A DNA stretch of 64,000 nt from Pseudomonadota bacterium (GCA_034439715.1 JAWXAY010000029.1:32001-96000); one strand, 5' to 3'. Shown: positions 1 to 10,659, counted from the stretch's first letter. Numbers and translations: made by a program. Notes: generated by a model from the letters alone, not told the origin.

Positions 1-79
1 TTGGCGATAAAAATCTCAACTTGAGACACTAAAAACCTCTCACTATTTTCCCTAGACTAATAGATTAAGTCCCTAGACT

Positions 80-106
80 TAAGCCCAGGTGTTTTTGAGC
101 CGATAT
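80..106 (+). promoter_or_regulatory. sigma28 (FliA)-type promoter
   Basis: TAAG-N15-GCCGATAT versus consensus TAAA-N15-GCCGATAA. It overlaps the ORF-track start at 89, so the true start lies downstream. Confidence 0.75.
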
Positions 107-142
107 AATGTAATCGAGCTCACAAACAAAGGACGTCTAATA

Positions 143-1759
143 TTGAGAATTTGGATACTTGTTTCCATTATCGCGCTTCTGACCACATCATGTAAGAAAG
201 ACAGCCAAGAAACATCAGACAATAGCTCTGAAAATCAAAATTCAGTTTTGGTGTTAAGTGGTCCTTCGCTATTAATTGCCGATGAGTCAAGTACCGTAAC
301 TTACACTCTAGCCCATCATAACTCTAAAGAAGTAAATCTCGAAATCGCCGATGTAGTACAAAACCTGACGGGCACTGCAGCTTGCGCACAAGAACTCTCT
401 GGTAGCGGCACTAAGTCCACAACCATTACTTTAACCTCATGCAAAGGTGTTGGCACAGTTGGAATTACCATAATGGGTAAAAAAGCAGAAATCATTGCGG
501 GCCCAAGTCGCACATTTGATGTCGACAACTGTACACCTGCACCCGAGCAGATATTCTTTGCTTCTCAGTTAAGTTTAAACGGAACTTTTAATGTTCCCTC
601 GCCCAATGCAACTTGGAATATCTGGAGCATAACCAGCGATGGTAATATATTAAAACCTGTAACAACATTTACACGAGGGCAGACAAGTCGTATTCCGCGT
701 GGCTCTATCAACGGAAGATATCTCTTTTTCTACACTATGGCTAACCTTATGGGTAACGATACCGATGATTTATCACTGTCAGCAAATATTTGGATGATAG
801 ATAGAAGATACGACCAAGACTTTACCCTTTTGACTCAAAACTCCAAGGCAAAAGGTTTAGATTCATACAGTGGCGCTCGCTTTGACAGTAAATCAAAAAT
901 ATTTTTTGATTCGTTCATGGATGTCAGCGGAGAGTGGGACGGAACGCCTTCGCTTTCACCAAACCTATTCATGTTAGATGAACCAGGAAAGAACCCAATC
1001 GCCATAACCCAAAACACAAAAGATGACTACGATTCACATTTTGACAAAATGTCTCCACAAGGGGACAAAATCGCGTTTTTATCCCGAGGTGACCTCACCG
1101 GCATACCGGACGGCAAGGCCGCAGGTCCCTTAAACCTTTGGATCCTTAACACTGAAACCAACGAAAAAAAGCCACTCACAAGAAACGCTATAGTGGGTCT
1201 AGAAACTCGCGGCTCCAGTTTTTTTCCTGACGGTAAGAAACTGGTTTTTATTTCTGGCACTTCGCTTACAGGTAAATGGAACGGGCCTAAATCTCAGAAA
1301 CTTAATGTTTGGACAATTAACACTGATGGCACGGGCCTAAAGAATCTTACTGCACTCATAAATACTGCGGTTTACAGTGTTTCTGTTACGCCAGACGGAA
1401 AAAAGATTGTTTTTCGGTCCGATATGGCGCTCGATGGGTCCGACAAAGCTATGGCTCTTACTAATATCTGGATGATGGACTCTGACGGCAGCAACAAGGT
1501 TCCAATAACAAAAAATACAAAGGCCGGTCACCACAGTTTACCACCAGAAATTTCGCCAGATGGTAAGCGGATTTCTTTTTTCTCTAACACTAATCTGTCG
1601 GGTGTATGGAATGGCGCTCCGGAGGCTTCTTACAATCTTTGGCTAGCCAATATAGACGGTACTGGGCTAATCCCCATAACTCGCAACTCCAATCCAGCAA
1701 TGGATCCTTATTCGTCAACTCCCCACACCTGGTCCGCGGCTGGGGCAAACTGCAAATAA
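143..1759 (+). CDS. TolB-like (PD40/WD40-type) beta-propeller lipoprotein
   Basis: TTG at 143 after AAGGA; lipobox-like LTTSC; about 7 repeats of N(I/L)Wxxxx(D)GxxxxxLT, with (S/T)PDGK motifs. Confidence 0.75.
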   Translation: MRIWILVSIIALLTTSCKKDSQETSDNSSENQNSVLVLSGPSLLIADESSTVTYTLAHHNSKEVNLEIADVVQNLTGTAACAQELSGSGTKSTTITLTSCKGVGTVGITIMGKKAEIIAGPSRTFDVDNCTPAPEQIFFASQLSLNGTFNVPSPNATWNIWSITSDGNILKPVTTFTRGQTSRIPRGSINGRYLFFYTMANLMGNDTDDLSLSANIWMIDRRYDQDFTLLTQNSKAKGLDSYSGARFDSKSKIFFDSFMDVSGEWDGTPSLSPNLFMLDEPGKNPIAITQNTKDDYDSHFDKMSPQGDKIAFLSRGDLTGIPDGKAAGPLNLWILNTETNEKKPLTRNAIVGLETRGSSFFPDGKKLVFISGTSLTGKWNGPKSQKLNVWTINTDGTGLKNLTALINTAVYSVSVTPDGKKIVFRSDMALDGSDKAMALTNIWMMDSDGSNKVPITKNTKAGHHSLPPEISPDGKRISFFSNTNLSGVWNGAPEASYNLWLANIDGTGLIPITRNSNPAMDPYSSTPHTWSAAGANCK

Positions 1760-1762
1760 AAA

Positions 1763-2575
1763 TCAAATAGCCGTTCGGTACCTAATCAGCAAACGATTTA
1801 ATCCAGTAATAAAAAGCAATGTATGAATGATAGATTTACCTACACATTGAAGCGTATGAATCAGAGCGCTGACTGGGTAGGTAGAATAATACTTTCGGAG
1901 AATTAGAATTGTCATCAAATTACTCTTAACGAGTTTCCACCAATTAAGAGTCGCAAACTCCGTATAACAATACCCCACGTCCCGAGAAATACCAAAAGGG
2001 TGCTTTAGTAATATTTTTAAAAGATAGTCAAAGTCCTCGACAATTCGTAAAGTCGAATCAAACGAAAAGCGTTTCGCTACTTCCATTCGGATCATAGAAG
2101 GGGCATGAGGGATTGGGAGACGCCATACGCCTTTAAGAGGGGCTCTGATATCTAGTGATCTAGACTTTGTAAAATGTCTGAGTCCAACGAGCTCGTCATT
2201 GCTACCTACTATGGCCATGGAACACGCTACTAGGGACAAATCCGATCTTCGCTCTAGATGATTAATCTGGAACTCGATTTTACTAGGTAAAATCCAATCA
2301 TCAGAATCCACCATGCAAAGGTACTTACCCTTTGCCTCTTCTAGTCCCCTCTGTCGCACAAATCCTCTGCCACTGTTTTTTGGCAACTCAATATACCTAA
2401 ACCGTGAATCTGAAAATGCTCCCATGATTTCGCTAGCCTTATGTATTGAACCATCATCGATCACTATGCATTCCCAGTTTTTATAGGTCTGAGTGTGAAC
2501 AGAAGCCAGAGCACGCGGCAGCGTTGAATTGGAGTTGTAACAAGGAATAATAATGCTAACAAGTGGCTCACCCAT
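1763..2575 (-). CDS. GT2 family glycosyltransferase
   Basis: VSIIIPCYN, IDDGS and DSDD (DxD) motifs. Confidence 0.9.
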   Translation of the reverse strand: MGEPLVSIIIPCYNSNSTLPRALASVHTQTYKNWECIVIDDGSIHKASEIMGAFSDSRFRYIELPKNSGRGFVRQRGLEEAKGKYLCMVDSDDWILPSKIEFQINHLERRSDLSLVACSMAIVGSNDELVGLRHFTKSRSLDIRAPLKGVWRLPIPHAPSMIRMEVAKRFSFDSTLRIVEDFDYLLKILLKHPFGISRDVGYCYTEFATLNWWKLVKSNLMTILILRKYYSTYPVSALIHTLQCVGKSIIHTLLFITGLNRLLIRYRTAI

Positions 2576-2699
2576 TTATCTTAATAATTCTATAAGAGAA
2601 TACTTACATATTCACTAACATTTTTTTGCACCTGTAATCGTTTAATTTGATAGAAAATTCTCGAGAAGGCATATACATTAATTCATTGCATGGGAATTT

Positions 2700-3452
2700 A
2701 TGAAAAAACAACAAGAAAAGGTAGTTGAGTTTTATAACTCAATCGCGAAAAATTATAAGTCCAGGTACGATAAGAACAACCCCTTCTTTCAGTATTTCTT
2801 TATCGGAAGAATGATCGAAGCTACAAGAAACGAGAATTTTGAAGGAAAATCGATTCTCGATATAGGTGCTGGCCCAGGAAATCTTTACGATTTTATTAAA
2901 AAAGAAACAAAAGAGTTTGAGTATTTTGGCACGGACATTACAGAAGGAATGTTGGAACACAGTTCAATTCCCGCAGAAAGAAGATTTGTAGGGCATTGTT
3001 ATGATCTAAAGCTTCCCCTAAAAGAGTATGACTATATTTTTCTTTTGGGTGTTACCACCTATATGCCACCTGATGAATTGCAGAAAACTATTAGTTTTGT
3101 TGAGCGCCATCTAAGCCTGAAGGGAAAAGCAATAATAACATTTACGAATAGGGGGAGCATAGATTATTTCACAAGATTCGTGTTGGGATTTTTTATTAGA
3201 CCACTAGGTTTAAAAAACAGTGTTTTAGGACAAAATATGGCTATATATTCATATACTAAAAAGCAAATCGTAAAAATACTTTCTCCAAAATTTAAAATTG
3301 AGCGAATTTCACATCTCAACCAAACGGTATTTCCCTTTAACAGAGCGTTCAAAAATTTTTCTATTATTGTAGCAAAAGTAGCGAGAAAACACTTTAGTGA
3401 GTTTTTTATAGGGCCATTGAGTAGCGACATTCTCATCGTATTTAAGAAATAA
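2700..3452 (+). CDS. class I SAM-dependent methyltransferase
   Basis: ILDIGAGPG motif I; GTDITEGML. Confidence 0.85.
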   Translation: MKKQQEKVVEFYNSIAKNYKSRYDKNNPFFQYFFIGRMIEATRNENFEGKSILDIGAGPGNLYDFIKKETKEFEYFGTDITEGMLEHSSIPAERRFVGHCYDLKLPLKEYDYIFLLGVTTYMPPDELQKTISFVERHLSLKGKAIITFTNRGSIDYFTRFVLGFFIRPLGLKNSVLGQNMAIYSYTKKQIVKILSPKFKIERISHLNQTVFPFNRAFKNFSIIVAKVARKHFSEFFIGPLSSDILIVFKK

Positions 3453-3479
3453 ATCTATTAGAAAGACCTAAATACCTAT

Positions 3480-4283
3480 TCACCGGAAAACAAAATCAAC
3501 TAAAACGATATCTGGTTTATATTGGCAATAGTCTTTGGCTTCGCTAGCAGTATCAAATGTCCATATGATTGTCTTTAGCTTGAGGATCTTATTAATCCAC
3601 ACTTGAAACTCATTGGTGGTTCTAAAGTTCGTGCTCCAAAGACTTAGTCCGAGTGCCCAGTTCGCAATAACGCCCTGTGATTCACAGCCGGATTTTATAT
3701 TTAGCTCTCGCTCGATTTGACGAATCAAACGGCACGACAGCCCAATGACGTTGAATTTTTCTTTATCATCTAAAAAACTAAGCTGCTTAAAAAGATCGAA
3801 TGCTGCTTCCCTGGCAACGTTTACCTCTTTGATGTCGACAATAATAACGTCAAAAGATCTGGAATATAAATTCAAAAACTCCTGAAGAGTCAAAATCTGA
3901 GGATGGTGCAGTAAAATTAATTTCGGGTTATTAATTTCTTCAAGTGTGAAATTATCATGCATAAGATATATGTTATTACTGACTATGTTAACGTCAATCT
4001 CGATAGCCCTAACTTTACTTTGAATCGCGGCTTCAATGGCAGTTCGTGATGAGTCTTGGTACATATTGATGTTAGCAAACCCACGATGGGCGGCAACTTG
4101 GCTATTACAACCCACGGGAGACTGACTCGGGTGTAACATAGAACTTACCCAAGAACCCACATGCCTCTCAAATAAAGTAAGAGGAAAAACAAAAGCGTTA
4201 AAATTTAAAACAGCAATGGCGCACAAGAAAATGAGGACCACAATGCTTAGATGAAAAAATCTAATCATTCTTTTTCTGTTCAT
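3480..4283 (-). CDS. glycerophosphodiester phosphodiesterase-like protein, membrane anchored
   Basis: AHRG, IEIDV and MHD catalytic motifs; N-terminal TM helix; overlaps the upstream gene. Confidence 0.75.
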   Translation of the reverse strand: MNRKRMIRFFHLSIVVLIFLCAIAVLNFNAFVFPLTLFERHVGSWVSSMLHPSQSPVGCNSQVAAHRGFANINMYQDSSRTAIEAAIQSKVRAIEIDVNIVSNNIYLMHDNFTLEEINNPKLILLHHPQILTLQEFLNLYSRSFDVIIVDIKEVNVAREAAFDLFKQLSFLDDKEKFNVIGLSCRLIRQIERELNIKSGCESQGVIANWALGLSLWSTNFRTTNEFQVWINKILKLKTIIWTFDTASEAKDYCQYKPDIVLVDFVFR

Positions 4284-6027
4284 TCTTAAGTGCGGTCCAA
4301 TAGAAGTTCGTTAACCACTGTTCAGATTTTTCGCAAGAGGCAAATTCGCACTTATCCGTCATCGGATCGCCCCACTTACGAGAGAATTGGTATTTTCCTT
4401 GATCTACATTATAAAGAACGAGGCCCTCCTTTTTTGAAAGGATCTGCACCAAAAAATCAAATGTTCTATAAAATAAAAATACGGGTTTTTCAGTTTTTAA
4501 ATTATGACCAACCAGGTACTTTCCTGGGGAATTGGTTAATTCTAAAATCGCTCCGCTGAGATCCATATGACTGGTCGGAAAATCCACGACCGTCGGTTCT
4601 CTTGTATCCTTATTCTGGTCGAATACCAATAGCGGGACATGAAAAGTACTTTTAGTGAGCTGGCCAGTTTGACTGGACTTTTGAAACAGCAAGCCATGAT
4701 CACCTGTTACGATTACTACAGTGTTGTTTAGGAGCCCATCAGACTTAAGCCTTTCAAAAAAATTCTTTAATACTAAGTCTTGGTAAGCAAATGCGTTCAG
4801 ATAGGGATTACTATTTTTTTGAATTTCCCTCCCTGACGGAACCCAATAAGGATGGTGAGAATTTATAGGAATTATAATAGAAGCAAATGGTTGGTGGGAC
4901 GGGGCCCAATCGGCGAACGCATTGTAAGTGGCTTCATCGTCTATACCCCAAGAATTTCCCTCATAAATCTTTTCATTTGCCTTCGTCCGGTCCCAAATAA
5001 AATTTACTCCCTGGCTCTTAAAGAACTTTCCCATATTGTCATACTTAAGATCTCCTGAATAAAAAATGGCCGTTGAATAACCATTGGCTGAAACTGGTCC
5101 CAGCCACCCCTGACACTTTCCGTCCGGAAAAATCCGAAACTCTATAACACTACTAAGCATGGGAGGATAGCCGCAGACAGCAGAATACAAGGATTTCGAA
5201 GAAAATGGCCACGGCGTAAAATGTTCTTTATAGAACGTGCTAAATTTAGATTTTGTGAGTTGTGAAAAAAAAGGCATTATTTTTGAAAACTCTTCTTCGT
5301 CCAAACCCAGATTAAAACTGGCTGTTTCCAACATAATTAGTACGACATTTTTTTTTGGAAGGTTACTCGAAACTGGCAAATGCTCCTGGTATTCAAGTAG
5401 AGCGGGCACGTGTTTTAGCTCGAGCTCCACTTGTTCTAATTTTGTAGGATACTCCGAACCAATTCTTTGAAAGGCCTGAAAAAAGGAGTTATAGGTGCTA
5501 ATTTGATATTTCTTATCTGCAGAAACAGCCGCAACTCCGACTCCCAATATCAGCAAACAAAGGGGATAGAAAAGCACTTTCAATTTGTCTTTAATTAAAG
5601 ATAGTCCACCGATCAATGTAAAGTATCCTGCAAACAATCCAAACAGTAACCATAACAACCTGCCACTTGATTGGTCCGAAATAGACGTACGCAAATCTAA
5701 GACATTGCTAACTTGAGAAATAAGATCCAAAGTAAGCGGATTCTCCATTTTAATATAAAATAAAACTGAAATGATATTTAGAAGAACCAACAGCAATGTT
5801 ACAAGTAGCGCCAACCAAGGCTTGAAAACAATATAAAAAAGAATCGATGCTATACCGATGATAAATATGTCTTCGCTCGGAGCGACTAAATAATATTTAA
5901 ATTCTTTAGGAATCAAAAGAATTGCGGCAACCAGGCGAGAGCGTACAACGTATAGAATTGGTAAGGTACTGAGAAAAATAGCCGGCCAATAGACCTGGGC
6001 CCGTAGAAGCCTTTTCTTGAGACTCAT
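4261..6027 (-). CDS. LTA synthase/sulfatase-family membrane phosphotransferase
   Basis: About 5 N-terminal TM helices; NVVLIMLET, SHHPY, TGDHG, VPL and SHMD motifs of the alkaline phosphatase superfamily. Confidence 0.8.
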   Translation of the reverse strand: MSLKKRLLRAQVYWPAIFLSTLPILYVVRSRLVAAILLIPKEFKYYLVAPSEDIFIIGIASILFYIVFKPWLALLVTLLLVLLNIISVLFYIKMENPLTLDLISQVSNVLDLRTSISDQSSGRLLWLLFGLFAGYFTLIGGLSLIKDKLKVLFYPLCLLILGVGVAAVSADKKYQISTYNSFFQAFQRIGSEYPTKLEQVELELKHVPALLEYQEHLPVSSNLPKKNVVLIMLETASFNLGLDEEEFSKIMPFFSQLTKSKFSTFYKEHFTPWPFSSKSLYSAVCGYPPMLSSVIEFRIFPDGKCQGWLGPVSANGYSTAIFYSGDLKYDNMGKFFKSQGVNFIWDRTKANEKIYEGNSWGIDDEATYNAFADWAPSHQPFASIIIPINSHHPYWVPSGREIQKNSNPYLNAFAYQDLVLKNFFERLKSDGLLNNTVVIVTGDHGLLFQKSSQTGQLTKSTFHVPLLVFDQNKDTREPTVVDFPTSHMDLSGAILELTNSPGKYLVGHNLKTEKPVFLFYRTFDFLVQILSKKEGLVLYNVDQGKYQFSRKWGDPMTDKCEFASCEKSEQWLTNFYWTALKNEQKKND

Positions 6028-6191
6028 GGTGCCAGGCTCCTTCTGAAACTAATTAAAGTCAAATATTACCTTCAGAGACAGTTTGCCCGACTAAAAGCTA
6101 GTGTTTGCAAAAATTAATAAAAATCGTGGTCTTGATACTAAGAGTTTAAAGTAAACTAGTGGAGCGCGATTTACTTGGGCTGGAGTTAGAT

Positions 6192-6833
6192 ATGTATCGT
6201 GAAAGTGTCGTCAAAAGAATTGTCAGTGGCATGCGAGTTTTAGATTGTGGAGGCGTTGACCATTGGGCCTTTGAACAAAAGTCAGCCAGTGGCGAGTGGC
6301 TACATGATATAATTTGTACTCACGCAACAAGTTGTTTAGGCGTAGATATTCTCGACGATAACGTTCGTCGGATAAATGATATTGGCAAATATCGCTTTGA
6401 AGCCAAAAACGTAGAATCCATGGATTTTTCAGCAGAGTTTGATGTCGTCGTTGCGGGAGAAATAATTGAACATATTTATAATGCCGGTTTATTTTTGGAC
6501 TCCTGTTGGAGGGCATTAAAACCAGACGGCAAACTCCTAATTACGACTCCAAACGCTTACTCACTTTCAGCGATGTTAAGTGCAATATTCTTTAGAAAAG
6601 AAATGTGTCATCCAGAACACACCTGCTATTATTCGCGACAGACTTTACGATACATTGTTTCAAGGCATGGTTTCGAAATTGAAGAACTGCACGTGCTTCC
6701 GAGACGTTCAAATTTTAAGCTGATAGAATGGATGCGAGGGCTATTGTCTTCTGCCTCACCTCTAGTTGCCGACACCCTAGTTTTAGTCGCTAAAAAACTA
6801 CCGCAGCAAAACAAATATACTGGTAAATGGTAA
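6192..6833 (+). CDS. class I SAM-dependent methyltransferase
   Basis: VLDCGG, GVDI, FDVVVAGEIIEH, LKPDGKLLITTPN; ATG at 6192 follows GGAG (ORF track starts at 6159). Confidence 0.85.
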   Translation: MYRESVVKRIVSGMRVLDCGGVDHWAFEQKSASGEWLHDIICTHATSCLGVDILDDNVRRINDIGKYRFEAKNVESMDFSAEFDVVVAGEIIEHIYNAGLFLDSCWRALKPDGKLLITTPNAYSLSAMLSAIFFRKEMCHPEHTCYYSRQTLRYIVSRHGFEIEELHVLPRRSNFKLIEWMRGLLSSASPLVADTLVLVAKKLPQQNKYTGKW

Positions 6834-6834
6834 A

Positions 6835-8013
6835 CTAAGACTTGAGAACTTCTAAAAAGGTTTTTTGAAGATCTTGACCCAATCGATTCTCTGAGAATTT
6901 TTCTAATGCTCGGGCTCTGGCTCCAGCTCCAAGTTGGGATCGAACCTCCGGATGATCGACAAGATATAGAATATCTTTGGCCATAATCTCACCGGCATTT
7001 TTTTTATGAAGACCATTCTCTCCCACTATATGAGTAAGAAAACCTGATTTTAAATGATCAATAATCTCTGGAATGCCTCCCTTTGGAGTAAATGATGCAA
7101 GGACGGCAACTCCTGACGATACTCCTTCAAGAACGGTGAACGGCATATTTTCCCACGATGATGGAATCATCGAAACATCGGAACTCGCAATGATTTCGGC
7201 TAGCTCATCTCCTGATTTAAAGCCTAAAAAATGTACGTTCGAGTAGGAATTGCATCTGGTGCGATTGACCTCTCTGATGTTACCAACAATTATAAAGTCT
7301 ATTTTTTGCCGCTGGCCCGTGTTGTTAATTAACTCAATGGCATCAATAAGCTGGGAAACTCCTTTTCGGGGCTCGTTGTCGCGACCCACGTGAAGAATTT
7401 TTACCGAATCTTTAGACAGTCCAAGACGAGCCCATAACTCAGGATTTTTCTTGTCGGGAGAAAATTTAGCGCCATCAATTGCATGATAAATTGTTTTAAC
7501 GAATTCTTTATACCCTTCGCCCAATGTATTAATGACATGGTTACGGCGACTGGCCGAGGCTTCAAGCCAAAGATCAAAAAGAATATTTTTTTCCATCCAC
7601 CCAGGAGTATCTGTGTTGCGAATGGGAAGATTCGTGACATTCGGGCCGACAACAATTTTTTTTCTTAAGATTTTTGCTACCAAAGCTGCTAGGAGCGCTG
7701 ATTTTAAGCCCGCTGGCACATAGATGAGATCGACACCAATAGCATGCTTAAAAAGTAAAAGTAGATTGTAAAAAAATTTAATGGGCTTTGCAGGCTCAAA
7801 TCCCAGTACTAGTTTAAATTTTTTCTCTTTCATATAGGGTTCATTGGGATCCACTCGACCAACCAACAAGGTCATCTGAATATCTTTTAAGCGATTCAAA
7901 GCATTAAGTGAGCCCACGACGTTTCTGTGTGGTCCTGAAATCCCAAAGGCATGATCAACTACAAAAAGTAACCTCAATGGAGACATTCGTAATTTTGTCT
8001 CGAGCCATCGCAA
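6835..8013 (-). CDS. GT4 family glycosyltransferase
   Basis: RKG motif and ENMPFTVLE (EX7E); start either TTG 8013 or ATG 7986. Confidence 0.88.
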   Translation of the reverse strand: MRWLETKLRMSPLRLLFVVDHAFGISGPHRNVVGSLNALNRLKDIQMTLLVGRVDPNEPYMKEKKFKLVLGFEPAKPIKFFYNLLLLFKHAIGVDLIYVPAGLKSALLAALVAKILRKKIVVGPNVTNLPIRNTDTPGWMEKNILFDLWLEASASRRNHVINTLGEGYKEFVKTIYHAIDGAKFSPDKKNPELWARLGLSKDSVKILHVGRDNEPRKGVSQLIDAIELINNTGQRQKIDFIIVGNIREVNRTRCNSYSNVHFLGFKSGDELAEIIASSDVSMIPSSWENMPFTVLEGVSSGVAVLASFTPKGGIPEIIDHLKSGFLTHIVGENGLHKKNAGEIMAKDILYLVDHPEVRSQLGAGARARALEKFSENRLGQDLQKTFLEVLKS

Positions 8014-8147
8014 TCTGTCAAAGACCTTCTAAGAATCAATGTGGGCTTTAAAAAAAAGACAAATTTCTCTACTCGACACGGGAAACACTTTATATTTAAA
8101 TGGTATTAGGTCTAGGATACTAATTGTTCATTCTTGATGAGGTAATA

Positions 8148-8867
8148 ATGAGTCGCTTCACCGATCATTCAAATGCTATTTACTCAAAAACCCAAAAAGA
8201 TTGCTCTGATTTTTCAGCCCGACCCGCAGTAAAAACAGCTCAGCAAAAAATAATATCCGTGATACGCGACGGAAAATTACTGGGAGAACACAAGACATTT
8301 TTAGATGTTGGATGCGGAGCGGGGCAGTTTGTGGCACTAGTTAAAAAAGAACTCAACGCCGAGGCTACAGGAGTTACCCTAAGTAAAGATGAAATCCAAA
8401 CTGCCCAAAAGAATAGTGTTTCTCTTATTTATTCAGATATGCACGACATAAATTCAAGCGATGGCTCCTTTCAAGTTGTATATGCAGGCCATGTCATTGA
8501 GCACAGTGTCGCTCCACTCGTGGCTTTGTTTGAGTGGCGACGTGTTTTAGCCCAAAATGGCTATTTACTTATTTGGAGTCCCGTTGGACGGGATTTTAAA
8601 GGATTTGATGACGGTACCGTCGTCTATGGATGCTCCGACCATTTGTTAACTCCTACTGAATGGCAATACAAATGGATGTTTCATCTGGCTGAGTTTGATT
8701 TGGTAGCTGAATATGACCTTCCCTACCAATCATGGGGAAGGAAGGCAAAACTGAAAAGAGCTCTTACTCGTTTTGCCGGCAAGATACTGTCCGTGTTAAG
8801 ACTGAGTATAGCCCCCAGATACACTCCTGGCACTGCGGCACTTTTTGTTTTAAAAAAAAGGCCTTAA
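8148..8867 (+). CDS. class I SAM-dependent methyltransferase
   Basis: FLDVGCGAG, HVIEH, RVLAQNG; ATG at 8148 follows GAGGT. Confidence 0.85.
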   Translation: MSRFTDHSNAIYSKTQKDCSDFSARPAVKTAQQKIISVIRDGKLLGEHKTFLDVGCGAGQFVALVKKELNAEATGVTLSKDEIQTAQKNSVSLIYSDMHDINSSDGSFQVVYAGHVIEHSVAPLVALFEWRRVLAQNGYLLIWSPVGRDFKGFDDGTVVYGCSDHLLTPTEWQYKWMFHLAEFDLVAEYDLPYQSWGRKAKLKRALTRFAGKILSVLRLSIAPRYTPGTAALFVLKKRP

Positions 8868-8899
8868 ACCGTCTCAAAACGATACATAGATTTGAGCCT

Positions 8900-8926
8900 T
8901 AAGTCCTGGAAAAATCCAGCCGATTA
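8900..8926 (+). promoter_or_regulatory. sigma28-type promoter
   Basis: TAAG-N15-GCCGATTA, 25 nt upstream of ATG 8952. Confidence 0.75.
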
Positions 8927-8951
8927 GACCATACGAATGTCGGAGGTCACC

Positions 8952-9245
8952 ATGTACAGTCCAGATCAAGTATTAAGCGTTTACGAATTCCTGTTGCATA
9001 CTCCTGAAGGAGCACTGAGAAAGATGCTAAAAGACGAAAAGACAACAGATGTGCATATCAATCTTCTTTTAAAGATAGTTAAAGGTGCCACCAAAGATCA
9101 ATTTATCGAGCACTTTACTAAAGCTACATTTCCGGTAATTAAATTTAATGCCAACGACCTAAAAATTAAAGAAACCTTTTGGGTAAACTGTTGCGGAAGT
9201 TTAGAGTCCATAGGACTGTTGAGCAAAAAGAAAGTAGCTGCTTAA
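8952..9245 (+). CDS. small hypothetical protein (97 aa)
   Basis: GGAGG RBS at 8942-8946; own sigma28-like promoter; fills the gap between genes. Confidence 0.75.
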   Translation: MYSPDQVLSVYEFLLHTPEGALRKMLKDEKTTDVHINLLLKIVKGATKDQFIEHFTKATFPVIKFNANDLKIKETFWVNCCGSLESIGLLSKKKVAA

Positions 9246-9251
9246 CAACCT

Positions 9252-9962
9252 CTATTTGCCGAGCGGTTCAGCTTCTAAGGGCTGGCTATTTGAGGGCATC
9301 GGTTTTATCAATTGCTCCTTTTTTTTCATTCTTGCACGTTCTTTAATATAGTCGTTATATGATTTTAAAAGCTGGTTGAATTCGGAAGTTTTAGACCTAG
9401 CCGAGAACTCAAAATCCTTTTGTTTTGTTCTCATTTGTTCCTCAAAAGACATTCGCTTTTCTCGACTATCTGCAAAAGTTGCCTCGCGCTTTTGAGACTG
9501 TAATTCGCTAAAATATCGACGCTCGTCAGAACTTTTTTTTGACCGATTAAATCCATCGCGATCACTTTTTTGTTCCTGCAAAAACTTTTCTCGCGAGATT
9601 TTTTCAATACGAGTAAATTCATCACGCTCGGTCTTCAATCCGCGCTGAAATTCGTTTCTTTTTTTTTGCATAATACGATTAAATCTGTTGCTGATCTCAT
9701 ATGACGGAAGAATATTCTCACTGGTGTTAGGATTCAATGAGTTCAGCAAGAGAGCAAGTTCGTCGTTTTCCTTTTTTATTTCGCTAGGTAAATCTTTGCG
9801 AAGCTCATCCAGTCTAGAGCGGTCCTCAGATAAACTAACTTCGTTATCTTTGCCTTCATAGTCATTAGTACCGGGACTGGTAGCACAGGCACCTATCCCG
9901 AAAGCGAGTCCGGCCCACAAGATAGACGAAATTTTGACATGCGACTTAAGCTCAATCTTCAT
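9252..9962 (-). CDS. putative lipoprotein with long charged coiled coil
   Basis: Lipobox IGAC; E/K/R-rich helical body. Confidence 0.7.
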   Translation of the reverse strand: MKIELKSHVKISSILWAGLAFGIGACATSPGTNDYEGKDNEVSLSEDRSRLDELRKDLPSEIKKENDELALLLNSLNPNTSENILPSYEISNRFNRIMQKKRNEFQRGLKTERDEFTRIEKISREKFLQEQKSDRDGFNRSKKSSDERRYFSELQSQKREATFADSREKRMSFEEQMRTKQKDFEFSARSKTSEFNQLLKSYNDYIKERARMKKKEQLIKPMPSNSQPLEAEPLGK

Positions 9963-9990
9963 TCATTTAGCTTAGATTTCCTTCATTAAA

Positions 9991-10659
9991 ATGACAAGGT
10001 CTAATAAAATAATAGTCATGTGGATTCATAAGCTGCCACCCAAAAGAGAGTCTGGCCATTTCCATCAACGTCGAAGTGTTTACTTGAAAAGGCAGTTTCA
10101 GTCTAAGTATTCACTTTACTTAATGGGATCACTCCTTGCCGCACTTTTAGTCGCAGGAATACCGGTCTATTATTTCCTAAATCAAAATTACCGCATTTTT
10201 ACAGAGCTTGCCATCAATCAAGCTCCTGAGCTTATTCAAACGCTCGAAATGGAGCAATCCTGGCTGGTCAGAGTATTAGTGCTAACCCTTTTATTCTCGC
10301 TCCTCTTCTTTTTTTACTTCGGATTAAAGTGGACCTCGCGAATTGTCGGACCGCTGCTGGTGCTACAAAGTCACATGCAAAAAACGTCAAGAGGAGACTT
10401 TAATTCGCCTCAATTAAAAGTTAGAGAAAACGATGAATTTCAAGACTTGATTGCGACCTATAACTATTTCTATTTGCTCTTAAGGCAAAAGACAATTGCT
10501 GATTTAGAAAAGCTAAAACGGATTGAGCCTAACCCCAGCGATCGATTGGCACATATTCTTTGGTCGGAATTAGTAAATGAGCGTTTAATTCAATTACAGA
10601 AATCCGCGATAAATGAGACTGCTAAAACTGTTACGAACCAAGTCAGCCGAGTATCTTAG
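9991..10659 (+). CDS. two-TM HAMP-domain membrane protein
   Basis: Two TM helices, then SRIVGPL...GDF...RENDEFQDL HAMP signature. Confidence 0.75.
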   Translation: MTRSNKIIVMWIHKLPPKRESGHFHQRRSVYLKRQFQSKYSLYLMGSLLAALLVAGIPVYYFLNQNYRIFTELAINQAPELIQTLEMEQSWLVRVLVLTLLFSLLFFFYFGLKWTSRIVGPLLVLQSHMQKTSRGDFNSPQLKVRENDEFQDLIATYNYFYLLLRQKTIADLEKLKRIEPNPSDRLAHILWSELVNERLIQLQKSAINETAKTVTNQVSRVS

